Of a stretch of 64,000 nt of DNA, positions 49,053-57,808 are shown piece by piece. This DNA comes from an uncultured virus (IMG/VR IMGVR_UViG_3300008255_000125). Its lineage: Duplodnaviria; Heunggongvirae; Uroviricota; Caudoviricetes. A program made the translations under genes and the position numbers. Under the pieces are notes generated by a model. The model was not told the DNA's origin, searched no databases, and saw only the letters and a program-made list of their open reading frames with translations. The DNA lies in the IMG/VR virus record IMGVR_UViG_3300008255_000125. One strand, given 5' to 3'. Positions within the stretch are counted from its first letter, which is position 1. Every line of letters starts with the position of its first letter.

Positions 49053-49282
49053 ATTGTGAACTGAATGTAGGTGTGGCGAAATTAGACTAACGCGAGATTT
49101 ACCAATAGAATAGTGCTATAAAGTAATCAGCTACAAATGATTACGGGCTTATGTTCCCAGTAACTCACATGCAGTTAGTACAGGACCCAAATGCGGGTAC
49201 TAGAATCCTGCTAAATGAGCTAGTACACATAAATATCTTACTATAAAGTGAAAATCTTTATCACCTACATTCAGTTCACAAT
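49053..49282 (+). ncRNA. second tRNA-like element with expanded anticodon domain
   Basis: Perfect 21-bp stem ending in GTAGGTG/CACCTAC, D-like TGGCGAAATTAGACTAACGC, T-like ATAAAG-TGAAAAT-CTTTAT. Confidence 0.6.
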
Positions 49283-49293
49283 AATAAACATAT

Positions 49294-49485
49294 ATGGACG
49301 AAGACACAATAGATCCAAACAATGAAAGAGGAAAATATGTAAGCAAAGGAACAATGATGGAAATAAGTACTAAAGTAAATGAAATTTGGCAAAAATATGT
49401 AAAAGAAGGCAAAATAATACCACAACATAAACACATAGACACATGGCATCAATTTGAAAATAATAAACTTAATAATTATGATTAA
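49294..49485 (+). CDS. hypothetical protein
   Basis: ORF track. Confidence 0.5.
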   Translation: MDEDTIDPNNERGKYVSKGTMMEISTKVNEIWQKYVKEGKIIPQHKHIDTWHQFENNKLNNYD

Positions 49486-49663
49486 AAAATATAACCCCAA
49501 AAAAGATATAAACAATATCGAACACCCACACAGAGCGTTGGCTGCTAAAATAATAGATGATATAATTGAACCAAGATTAAACCATGGACGTGTAATAAGA
49601 AATGAAAAATATTACCTATTAGAAGATGAAATAACCCATCTTATAAACAAGGAATTAAAATAA
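49478..49663 (+). CDS. hypothetical protein
   Basis: ORF track; likely start MIKKYN at 49478. Confidence 0.5.
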   Translation: MIKKYNPKKDINNIEHPHRALAAKIIDDIIEPRLNHGRVIRNEKYYLLEDEITHLINKELK

Positions 49664-49677
49664 CACAATAAAACAAT

Positions 49678-50141
49678 ACGATACTAACAGCATGTTAAAT
49701 AAATTGCAAATTTAAAATGTATCGTGATAATGGAGACAGGACTTAAAATAAGACGCTAACAGCAATTAAAATAATTAATTTGTATCATTAAAATAAATGC
49801 GTCTTGCTAAAGAATAACACATAAGATACTAACAGCAACATAAAAACCTCTTTAAGGAATAAGTGTAGGTTCGATTCCTGCTTCGCCCACAACGGACGAA
49901 TAGTGTAATGGTAGCACAATTATAAATGTATCTTGCCAAACAACAACATAAGATCGGAACAGCAAAACAATTCTATGGAAACATAAATTAATGTATGTCC
50001 CTTCGGGGATAAACGGATCCAAAGTAGATGAAGAAAGCTACCTAGCCAGTTCAAAGCTGAGCAAACGATCTTGAAATTTTATTAAATAATATTAAGACTC
50101 TAACAGCATATAACACATCAATTATGTAAAAACGAGTCTTG
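49678..50141 (+). ncRNA. array of five Y-RNA-like stem-loop units upstream of the TROVE-like gene
   Basis: Units 49678-49726, 49750-49806, 49823-49935, 49950-50073, 50094-50141, each a 7-bp covarying stem + AACAGCA + variable loop + complementary strand + G. Confidence 0.75.
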
Positions 50142-50150
50142 CAAACAAAT

Positions 50151-51608
50151 ATGAAACACATTAAATCAATAAAGAAAGAAGAAGAAAAAGTAAATATAAC
50201 CAATAAGTTTATAAATGCTTTATTTAAAGAAACTTCGAAAGGCGAAACAGCTAATGGGGCTGTTACATATACACGTTCAGGTTCAATGTTATTAGACTTC
50301 TTCGCACAAGCAGGAGCAATGAGAAAGAATCCAGAACAAGCATTGGATTTATTTAAAAAAGCCTTTGCAGAAGATAGATTAAAAGCTATTAAGATATTAT
50401 TCTACTTACGAGATATCAGAGGAGGACAAGGAGAAAGAGATCTATTTAGAAATTGTATACAGTGGCTCGGAGAATCAGCTTCAAAGGAACATTTCGAGAA
50501 GATAGTTAAATATATACCAGAATTTGGCAGATGGGATGATATGTTCTTTGATAATCCAACTTGTTTTAAGCTTATAGGAGATCGAATAGCTACTGATATA
50601 GGAAACAAAGAACCATCACTTCTAGCTAAATGGTTACCAACGATAAACGCCTCAAGCAAAACAACGAAAGCTAAAGCTAAATTCATGGCTAAAGGCTTAG
50701 GTCTGACAGATATAATATATCGCAGAACTATCAGAGCTATAAGAAAACAACTTAATATAGTAGAAGAACAAATGTCTGCTAGAAAATGGGAAGAAATCAA
50801 TTACTCTGGCGTTCCAAGTCAAGCTGCTAGAATATATAAAGATGCATTCCTAAGGCACGATGAAGAAAGATATAGTAAATTCATTGAAAAAGCAGAAACA
50901 GGAGAAGTTAAGATAAACGCAGGAACATTATATCCATACCAGATATATAACTCAGTTGAATCAAATTACTCAAAGACACTAGAAGCTTTATGGAATCAAT
51001 TACCTGATTACACAATGGGTAAAAACGCTTTAGTAGTAGCTGATGTGTCAGGATCAATGATGGGAGATCCAATGGCTGTTTCAATCTCATTAGCATTATA
51101 CTTTGCTGAAAGAAATAAAGGTCAATTTAAAGATCATTTCATTACTTTCTCAGGTACACCAAAATTACAAAGAATTGTAGGAGAAAATCTACAGGATAAA
51201 TTCAACTCCATACAAAGATCAGACTGGGAGATGAATACAAATCTTCAAGCAGTATTTGATCTAATCTTAAGCACAGCAACAACCAATAACACAGCTCCAG
51301 AAGAATTACCAGAAACAATATACATTATTTCTGATATGGAATTTGATAGTTGTTGTGAACATGATACGAATTATGAAGAGATTAAAAAGAAATACCAATT
51401 CGCAGGATATAAACTTCCTAATATTGTATTCTGGAATGTAAATGCTAGTGGAGGAAATATGCCAGTACAGAAAGATGAATCAGGTGTAGCATTAGTATCA
51501 GGGTTCTCTCCAGTTATATTTAAGATGGCAGTAGAAAAGAAAACACCAGAACAAGTTATGTTAGATACTATTAACAATGAAAGATACTCCGTAATAACAT
51601 TAAATTAA
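50151..51608 (+). CDS. DUF2828-family TROVE/Ro60-like protein with C-terminal vWA domain
   Basis: TANGA..Y...LLDFF, LRDIRGGQGER, GRWDD, LAKWLP, MIDAS DVSGSM, ISDMEFD, IVFWNV, LVSGFSP; ATG at 50151. Confidence 0.8.
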   Translation: MKHIKSIKKEEEKVNITNKFINALFKETSKGETANGAVTYTRSGSMLLDFFAQAGAMRKNPEQALDLFKKAFAEDRLKAIKILFYLRDIRGGQGERDLFRNCIQWLGESASKEHFEKIVKYIPEFGRWDDMFFDNPTCFKLIGDRIATDIGNKEPSLLAKWLPTINASSKTTKAKAKFMAKGLGLTDIIYRRTIRAIRKQLNIVEEQMSARKWEEINYSGVPSQAARIYKDAFLRHDEERYSKFIEKAETGEVKINAGTLYPYQIYNSVESNYSKTLEALWNQLPDYTMGKNALVVADVSGSMMGDPMAVSISLALYFAERNKGQFKDHFITFSGTPKLQRIVGENLQDKFNSIQRSDWEMNTNLQAVFDLILSTATTNNTAPEELPETIYIISDMEFDSCCEHDTNYEEIKKKYQFAGYKLPNIVFWNVNASGGNMPVQKDESGVALVSGFSPVIFKMAVEKKTPEQVMLDTINNERYSVITLN

Positions 51609-51609
51609 T

Positions 51610-51795
51610 ATGAGCAAACAACATAAGCTATATAAAGTAACAATTCACTACGAAACAGAAATCGAAGCCTCCACTAAAAAGGAAGCTATTTCTGGTGCGT
51701 TCGAAGAATTAGATGAACAGAGTAATTGGCCATTAAGTTTAGTTCTCCAAGAAAACCACACAAAGGCCGAAATTATTAAAAATAATACAACTTAA
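51610..51795 (+). CDS. hypothetical protein
   Basis: ORF track. Confidence 0.55.
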   Translation: MSKQHKLYKVTIHYETEIEASTKKEAISGAFEELDEQSNWPLSLVLQENHTKAEIIKNNTT

Positions 51796-51800
51796 ATACA

Positions 51801-52055
51801 ATGGAAAATACTAGATTATTCTTCGTTGTAGATAGTTTCACAGACAATGAAGAAATATTCCCAACGTTAGAACAAGCAGAAGAACATTTCTACACATTAC
51901 TAGAAGGAAGTGGAAGAAGAATTAGAATAGCTATAGTAAAAAATGCTTACATAGAAACTTATAGCCAAAGTTCATTAGGTCTTGAAGAAAATTGGAATTA
52001 TAACGATTTAACAGATACCTTTGAAGTAATTAAAACATTATTAGAATATACATAA
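51801..52055 (+). CDS. hypothetical protein
   Basis: ORF track. Confidence 0.55.
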   Translation: MENTRLFFVVDSFTDNEEIFPTLEQAEEHFYTLLEGSGRRIRIAIVKNAYIETYSQSSLGLEENWNYNDLTDTFEVIKTLLEYT

Positions 52056-52061
52056 CATTAT

Positions 52062-52286
52062 ATGAAAAAATTCATTTCGTGCGCAAAAGCTTCGTGTATG
52101 AAAGAAGCTAAGCTTTATTACTGTAAAGAACATATTAAAGCATACAATAAAACTTGGCATTACAAGATCAGCAGATACCATTGCTGGCCCAAAAATATGG
52201 TAAGTGGTCGACCAATTAAAATATTTGGCATTTATTTATTCTGTATTATGCGTATAGCTAATAAAGATTATCAATGGCAAAACTAA
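52062..52286 (+). CDS. hypothetical Cys/His-containing protein
   Basis: ORF track. Confidence 0.5.
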   Translation: MKKFISCAKASCMKEAKLYYCKEHIKAYNKTWHYKISRYHCWPKNMVSGRPIKIFGIYLFCIMRIANKDYQWQN

Positions 52287-52411
52287 TATATGAACAAAGA
52301 AACATACAATTGTGAAGATTGTGGAAAACCAATCGATCTTGAAAGAGATTCCGATGGCTTAATTGTCGTAAGTGATTGTCCTCACTGTGGAAATAAATAA
52401 TTAATAATAAC

Positions 52412-52744
52412 ATGACTCAATACGTAGATATACAAACTCTAAATTGTTGTGGAATCAACGAAATAGATGGAATTGGTGACTATAAAAGGGAACCAGAAAA
52501 AATAATAGAAGATGTTTGTGATAGATATTTTGACAATACAATAAAATGTGCTTATTATATCTTCTCTGACATAGGGAAAAAAACAGCAGGCAAAGCATTA
52601 GCTGATTACATACTAAAGAATAAACTTGGAACAATAACTTTGCCTAAAACAAAGATAAATCCAAACTCAAAAAATTCATTAAATATGTGGATATGGTCGA
52701 TAAACGCAGCTAACCTAAAAAAGTACTGGGCTAAACAACGATAA
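52412..52744 (+). CDS. hypothetical protein (CCG motif)
   Basis: NCCGINEI...NPNS...WIW, directly upstream of the amidoligase. Confidence 0.6.
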   Translation: MTQYVDIQTLNCCGINEIDGIGDYKREPEKIIEDVCDRYFDNTIKCAYYIFSDIGKKTAGKALADYILKNKLGTITLPKTKINPNSKNSLNMWIWSINAANLKKYWAKQR

Positions 52745-52758
52745 TTAATTCATTCTAC

Positions 52759-53940
52759 ATGAAAAACATTTTCAAAAGAATATTAAAATATATGGCTATA
52801 GAAAAAATAGAAAAGAAACCATTAACTGAAAAAGTACAAGCCTTCACAGTTACATTTGGTTGTGATCCAGAATTCTTCTTTCAAAAGAACGGAGAAATAA
52901 TAGGATCTGAAAAAGTAATAGACATCAAAAAAGGGTTAGCTGTTAAAAAAGATCAAAAGAAAAACGGAAGTTGTTCATCAAACACACCAGATAGTAAGTT
53001 TATAGTAGATGGAGTTCAAGCTGAAATTAACCCTAAACCTGACACATGTAGAGCAAGGCTAGGAAATGAAATATCAGCATGCTTTAGAACATTATATGAA
53101 GAAATAAAGAAGGATCCTGAGCTGTCAATTAATTTCTTACCAACAGTTAAAATAGGTAAAAAGGAACTTTTATCACTAGATGAAAAGTCTCGCGTCTTTG
53201 GATGTGCACCAAGTAAAAACTCTGATAAAAAATCAAGAAACGCAGTATCATTAAAAGATCCAACTAAATACAAATATCGTAGCGCAGGAGGTCACATTCA
53301 TCTAGGTTACGATAATTATAGTACAAATGTAAAATCAGTTTTAAGTGAACCAGAAAGATTGATCCAACTAATGGATATAATTGTAGGAAATACATGTGTA
53401 TTAATAGACCGTGACCCAGGAAATATAGAAAGACGAAAAGTATATGGTAAAGCAGGAGAATATAGAACTCCTCCTCATGGAGTAGAATATAGAACCTTAA
53501 GTAACTTCTGGCTAAGAGCTTATCCTTTAATGTCTTTCGTCATGAGTTTATCAAGAATGTGCGTTAATATAATGGCAAGTTCAATACCAGGAAGAGACTT
53601 CGAAAAAGAAGTATTAGACCTAGTAGACATGAATAAAATAAAGAAAGCCATTAACACTAACGACTTCACCTTAGCTTGGAATAATTTTCAAGCAATTAAA
53701 CCATTTATAGCTAGAACATGGCCTGAAAGTGGAGATAATTTCCCATTATCAATTAATAATTTAGCACAATTTGAATTCTTTGTATCAAAAGGATTAGATC
53801 ATTGGTTTAAGGAGAATCCAATAGAACATTGGATGAAAATTCCTGAAGGTCATACTTGTGGATGGGAAACATTCCTAAAAACAATAGTAGGTCCAGCAAT
53901 GATGGATGAAAATCCAAGTCCAGTGCCTAATATAAAATAA
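52759..53940 (+). CDS. phiEco32-like COOH-NH2 ligase (type 2)
   Basis: GCDPEFF, DGVQAE.NP, FGC.P, RSAGGHIH, RR.VYGKAGEYR, GVEYRTLSNFW. Confidence 0.85.
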   Translation: MKNIFKRILKYMAIEKIEKKPLTEKVQAFTVTFGCDPEFFFQKNGEIIGSEKVIDIKKGLAVKKDQKKNGSCSSNTPDSKFIVDGVQAEINPKPDTCRARLGNEISACFRTLYEEIKKDPELSINFLPTVKIGKKELLSLDEKSRVFGCAPSKNSDKKSRNAVSLKDPTKYKYRSAGGHIHLGYDNYSTNVKSVLSEPERLIQLMDIIVGNTCVLIDRDPGNIERRKVYGKAGEYRTPPHGVEYRTLSNFWLRAYPLMSFVMSLSRMCVNIMASSIPGRDFEKEVLDLVDMNKIKKAINTNDFTLAWNNFQAIKPFIARTWPESGDNFPLSINNLAQFEFFVSKGLDHWFKENPIEHWMKIPEGHTCGWETFLKTIVGPAMMDENPSPVPNIK

Positions 53941-53941
53941 A

Positions 53942-54262
53942 ATGAAAATAACGTATGATAACATAGGAGCTTTTAAATTAGAAGTTTCACAAGAATCAGC
54001 TATGTATGACGGAGATGGAAGAGATATGGCTTTCTTAGAAAATCTTATTTGTAATATACCGAAAGAAGATAGAAAAATTCTATCAAAATATATTAGAATA
54101 GATATGGTTTCAGGATGCATACTAAAAGAAGGAATACCAGCAAAAGATTGTACAATAGAAGATGTAATTGACACAAAAGAAGAAGAAAAAACAGGAAACA
54201 CAGAAACTTGGGATGGAATACTATCTATAGAATTTAATCCATTAGGAATGAATTTAGATTAA
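53942..54262 (+). CDS. hypothetical protein
   Basis: ORF track. Confidence 0.55.
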   Translation: MKITYDNIGAFKLEVSQESAMYDGDGRDMAFLENLICNIPKEDRKILSKYIRIDMVSGCILKEGIPAKDCTIEDVIDTKEEEKTGNTETWDGILSIEFNPLGMNLD

Positions 54263-54317
54263 TACTTAAATATCATATAAATAAAAGTCGCTTTATGAAG
54301 AAATAATAAAATAACAT

Positions 54318-54764
54318 ATGAAAATAGCATTCGATATAGACGACACACTAATAATTCCCAGTGTTGTCACAGGAAATAGAGATGTGCCTAACTATGACAC
54401 AATCGCTATTTTTAATTGGTTCCAAGCTCAAGGTCACCAAATGATCTTATGGTCAGGAAGTGGAATGGACTGGGCACAAACATGGGGAGAAAAACTAGGA
54501 CTCCTCGATTTCACAGTACAACGCAAAGAAAAAGATCTATCAGTAGATATAGCTTTCGATGATTGTGATGTAGAACTAGCTAAAGTAAACGTTAAAGTAA
54601 AAAGAATAAATAACTCTATTAGTCGAAAAGAGTGGAATGAAACCAAAAGAAATAATAATCCATTATCTTTAGATACATGCTCTAATTGCGGTAAAGAAAT
54701 ACAAATAGATGAAAGTCATGGGTATAAAGAAGGAAAATGTTTATGTCAAAGATGTTGGAATTAA
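54318..54764 (+). CDS. HAD-superfamily phosphatase-like protein with C-terminal zinc ribbon
   Basis: IAFDIDDTL, LWSG, DIAFDD; CSNC...CQRC. Confidence 0.7.
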   Translation: MKIAFDIDDTLIIPSVVTGNRDVPNYDTIAIFNWFQAQGHQMILWSGSGMDWAQTWGEKLGLLDFTVQRKEKDLSVDIAFDDCDVELAKVNVKVKRINNSISRKEWNETKRNNNPLSLDTCSNCGKEIQIDESHGYKEGKCLCQRCWN

Positions 54765-54920
54765 AACTTAAAAAACTTTATAACTATATATCTAATTTAC
54801 ATTGGACTTATAAAAATGGAAAACAAATAGAACACAGATGGTGCTACTTACAGCATTGGTCAAATAATAAATTCTATGGATTTCAATTCCATAATAAAAC
54901 AATTAATATAAATCATTAAA

Positions 54921-55337
54921 ATGAAAAAACTTACACCAGCTAAACAAGCTAAATTAAATGCTAAATTAATGAAGAAAAAGAAAGAAGCAATTGCTATAAT
55001 TAAACAGGTTGTAGCAGCTTATAAAGATAATTATAACTATATCTCAAAACAAAGTAAAAAAGCTCCAATGAAAGGAATTTCAACAAAAGCATTACATACA
55101 CTTTTAGGCACAAAGATAAGACAAAAAGCCAAAACATGTAATCATTGTGGAGATAAAACACATAATGGAAAATCACTATGTGTTAAGTGTATTAAAATCC
55201 CTCACTGTAAATCATGTTCAATAATGCTAGGCAATTGGAATGAAGATAAAACATTATTAACTTATAACACTTACAATAGGCCAAGTTTAAATGATCCATT
55301 AATGTGTCAATCATGTTATGCCAGACAAGAAGAATAA
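54921..55337 (+). CDS. Cys-rich zinc-finger protein
   Basis: Four CxxC motifs. Confidence 0.6.
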   Translation: MKKLTPAKQAKLNAKLMKKKKEAIAIIKQVVAAYKDNYNYISKQSKKAPMKGISTKALHTLLGTKIRQKAKTCNHCGDKTHNGKSLCVKCIKIPHCKSCSIMLGNWNEDKTLLTYNTYNRPSLNDPLMCQSCYARQEE

Positions 55338-55533
55338 AGAAAAAAAGGTAACCGTACAAATCAAACCAGCATACATGGGAGGAGTAAATTTAATGGCAAC
55401 AATTGGAGAAAAACATTATGTATTAAATTTACATAATGTACAAGAGGTTATAGCTAATCAAATAAAAGAAAGAGGTTTCATTTCACAAAGAACTGGTCGA
55501 CAAGTTTACGAAAGACTAACAATTAATAATTAA
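55318..55533 (+). CDS. hypothetical protein
   Basis: ORF track. Confidence 0.55.
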   Translation: MPDKKNKEKKVTVQIKPAYMGGVNLMATIGEKHYVLNLHNVQEVIANQIKERGFISQRTGRQVYERLTINN

Positions 55534-55536
55534 TAT

Positions 55537-55851
55537 ATGCCAAAAGAAAAAGAAGAAGAAGAAGTAGATGATAAAGACTCATCAACTGTGTGTAAAATAG
55601 CAGGATATGAAATCCTAGCAGACTCAAAACAATACATTGTAAAAGCTCCCAAAAAAGATACAAGTGCAACAAGCGTAGTATTAGGATTTTTTAAAGATCT
55701 TGCAGGATGTATAACAGAAATAAGAGAACAGGAAATGAGAAAAAAAGTTCTTAAATCAAAAACATTAGAAATTGTAATAGAGAAATTAGTAGAATTTGAT
55801 CGAGAATTCGCTAGATTATTAATTCCACTTAAAAAACTAGAAGATAAATAA
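55537..55851 (+). CDS. hypothetical protein
   Basis: ORF track. Confidence 0.55.
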   Translation: MPKEKEEEEVDDKDSSTVCKIAGYEILADSKQYIVKAPKKDTSATSVVLGFFKDLAGCITEIREQEMRKKVLKSKTLEIVIEKLVEFDREFARLLIPLKKLEDK

Positions 55852-55852
55852 C

Positions 55853-56101
55853 ATGGAAATAAAATATTTAGAAGTTTTAGTAATGCCTAATGGAGAAATA
55901 CTTAATGAAGGAAAAACACTTGGTTTCATAGATAAATTAGGTAAATATATCCGAACAGAAAAAGATATATTAAAAGCACAATTCGTTAAATATCTTGTCG
56001 ATAATGATATTAGAAACGAAAACGGATTGAAATCATTATCAGACTTATTAGATGAATACCCTCAAGAATGGGATAACTTCCTTGAAGATTTCACAATGTA
56101 A
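55853..56101 (+). CDS. hypothetical protein
   Basis: ORF track. Confidence 0.55.
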   Translation: MEIKYLEVLVMPNGEILNEGKTLGFIDKLGKYIRTEKDILKAQFVKYLVDNDIRNENGLKSLSDLLDEYPQEWDNFLEDFTM

Positions 56102-56102
56102 T

Positions 56103-57284
56103 ATGAAAGAAATTACAACAGAAAAAGTTCCAATCAAAATGTGGTTAAACGAAATAGAAGATGGAGCATTAGAACAAGCTAAAAACTTAGCCAATCTTCC
56201 GTTTGTATTTAAACATATTGCAATAATGCCAGACAGTCACCAAGGTTATGGTATGCCTATCGGTGGAGTTCTAGCAACTAAAGATGTAATCATTCCAAAT
56301 GCAGTAGGAGTAGATATAGGTTGTGGAATGTGTGCAGTAAGAACAAACTTAACAGAAATAGACACAGAAACTCTTAAAATTGTAATGGGAGAAATCAGAA
56401 AAGCTATACCAGTTGGATTTAATAAGCATGAATTACCACAAGATAATGAATTTGAATGTAAATATATGCCACACCCAGAAGGAAGACCAGAAAAAGAATG
56501 GCCAATATGCTTAAGAGAATTCGATAATGCTACTAAATCAATAGGAACATTGGGAGGTGGAAATCATTTCATAGAAATTCAAAAAGGATCAGATGGATAT
56601 ATATGGATAATGATTCACTCAGGAAGCAGAAACTTAGGGAAACAAGTAGCAGATCACTACAACAAAATAGCAATAGAATTAAACGAAAAATATCATTCAA
56701 ATGTTCCAAAAGAATGGGAATTAGCATTCTTACCAATTAATAGTGAAGAAGGACAATTGTATTTAAAAGAAATGCAATATTGTGTTGATTTCGCTTTAGC
56801 CAATAGGAAATTAATGATAGCAAGAATCATGGATATCTTCATCGCAAAAACAAATTGCGCAGGATTCGATGATATTATTAACATAGCACACAATTATGCG
56901 TCACTCGAAAAACACTTCGGACATGAAGTCTGGATTCATAGAAAAGGAGCTACTCTCGCAACTAAAGATACTATCGGCATTATCCCAGGATCACAAGGTA
57001 CAAAGAGTTATATCGTTAGAGGTAAAGGAAACATATTCTCATTCCAATCATGTTCACATGGAGCTGGTCGTAAAATGGGAAGAAAAGAAGCAGAAAGATC
57101 CTTGTCACTCGAAGAAGAAATCAAAAAGTTAGATGATCAAGGTATTATCCACGCGATAAGAGGAGTAAAAGAATTAGACGAAGCCCCAGGAGCTTACAAA
57201 GACATCAATATAGTAATGAAAAACCAAGATGATTTAGTCGACATCATGGTTGAATTAACTCCACTAGGAGTAATTAAAGGTTAA
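56103..57284 (+). CDS. rtcB: RtcB RNA ligase
   Basis: MPDSHQGYGMPIG, VGVDIGCG, GTLGGGNHFIE, HSGSR, HNYA, HRKGA, SHGAGR, DEAPGAYK; likely start ATG 56103. Confidence 0.95.
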   Translation: MKEITTEKVPIKMWLNEIEDGALEQAKNLANLPFVFKHIAIMPDSHQGYGMPIGGVLATKDVIIPNAVGVDIGCGMCAVRTNLTEIDTETLKIVMGEIRKAIPVGFNKHELPQDNEFECKYMPHPEGRPEKEWPICLREFDNATKSIGTLGGGNHFIEIQKGSDGYIWIMIHSGSRNLGKQVADHYNKIAIELNEKYHSNVPKEWELAFLPINSEEGQLYLKEMQYCVDFALANRKLMIARIMDIFIAKTNCAGFDDIINIAHNYASLEKHFGHEVWIHRKGATLATKDTIGIIPGSQGTKSYIVRGKGNIFSFQSCSHGAGRKMGRKEAERSLSLEEEIKKLDDQGIIHAIRGVKELDEAPGAYKDINIVMKNQDDLVDIMVELTPLGVIKG

Positions 57285-57291
57285 TTTTCTA

Positions 57292-57607
57292 TATAATGTG
57301 TAAGGTTCTGGGCATTTATTATTATTAAAAATAAGTTCGAAACAATAATGTCTGCCACGAGAAATCGTAATTCTCGTGAGACCAAGTTAACTAGACAGGC
57401 GTAGTAATACGTTACATAAGGAAAATTAAAAGATATTTAAATTTATAAAGATTGATCGTCTTTATAAGTTTTTAAAATGTTTAATTAGAATTATGGTCGA
57501 AAGAACGCTTATATTTAATAATAACAAGAAGAATAATAGAAGAGAAAAATTCAAAAGATTTCTCGCTCTATCAAGTATTATTCGGGCCCAGAACCTTACA
57601 CATTATA
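57292..57607 (+). ncRNA. candidate ~316-nt structured RNA immediately after rtcB
   Basis: Perfect 22-bp terminal inverted repeat TATAATGTGTAAGGTTCTGGGC/GCCCAGAACCTTACACATTATA with internal hairpins. Confidence 0.55.
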
Positions 57608-57623
57608 ATTAATTAATAAATAT

Positions 57624-57803
57624 ATGCCAGAACTAGAAAGTGTTTTAGCAATTAAAGATAAAGATGGAAACTTAATAGCAATCGTATATAACAACTTAAA
57701 AAAGAAATCACAAATCTTTTATAAAACAAAGGAATGTGGATCAGAAGATATTAAGCAGTTATTAGAAGATTTATTAAATAAACAACAGATAACACAACCA
57801 TAA
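57624..57803 (+). CDS. hypothetical protein (59 aa)
   Basis: MPELESVLAIKDKDGNL... read manually. Confidence 0.55.
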   Translation: MPELESVLAIKDKDGNLIAIVYNNLKKKSQIFYKTKECGSEDIKQLLEDLLNKQQITQP

Positions 57804-57808
57804 TTAAA

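Noticed and set aside
49865..49917. Ordinary tRNA gene
   Set aside because: The arms are in permuted order (T before D) with no anticodon arm or free 3' end; reported instead as a tRNA mimic.
49678..50141. CRISPR array interpretation of the repeat units
   Set aside because: The repeats are split into two complementary arms that covary, the inserts vary from about 33 to 110 nt, and no cas genes are present.
50139..50150. TTG start for the TROVE-like gene (and the 56052 start for rtcB)
   Set aside because: The TTG lies inside the last RNA stem. The ATGs at 50151 and 56103 follow typical A-rich leaders.
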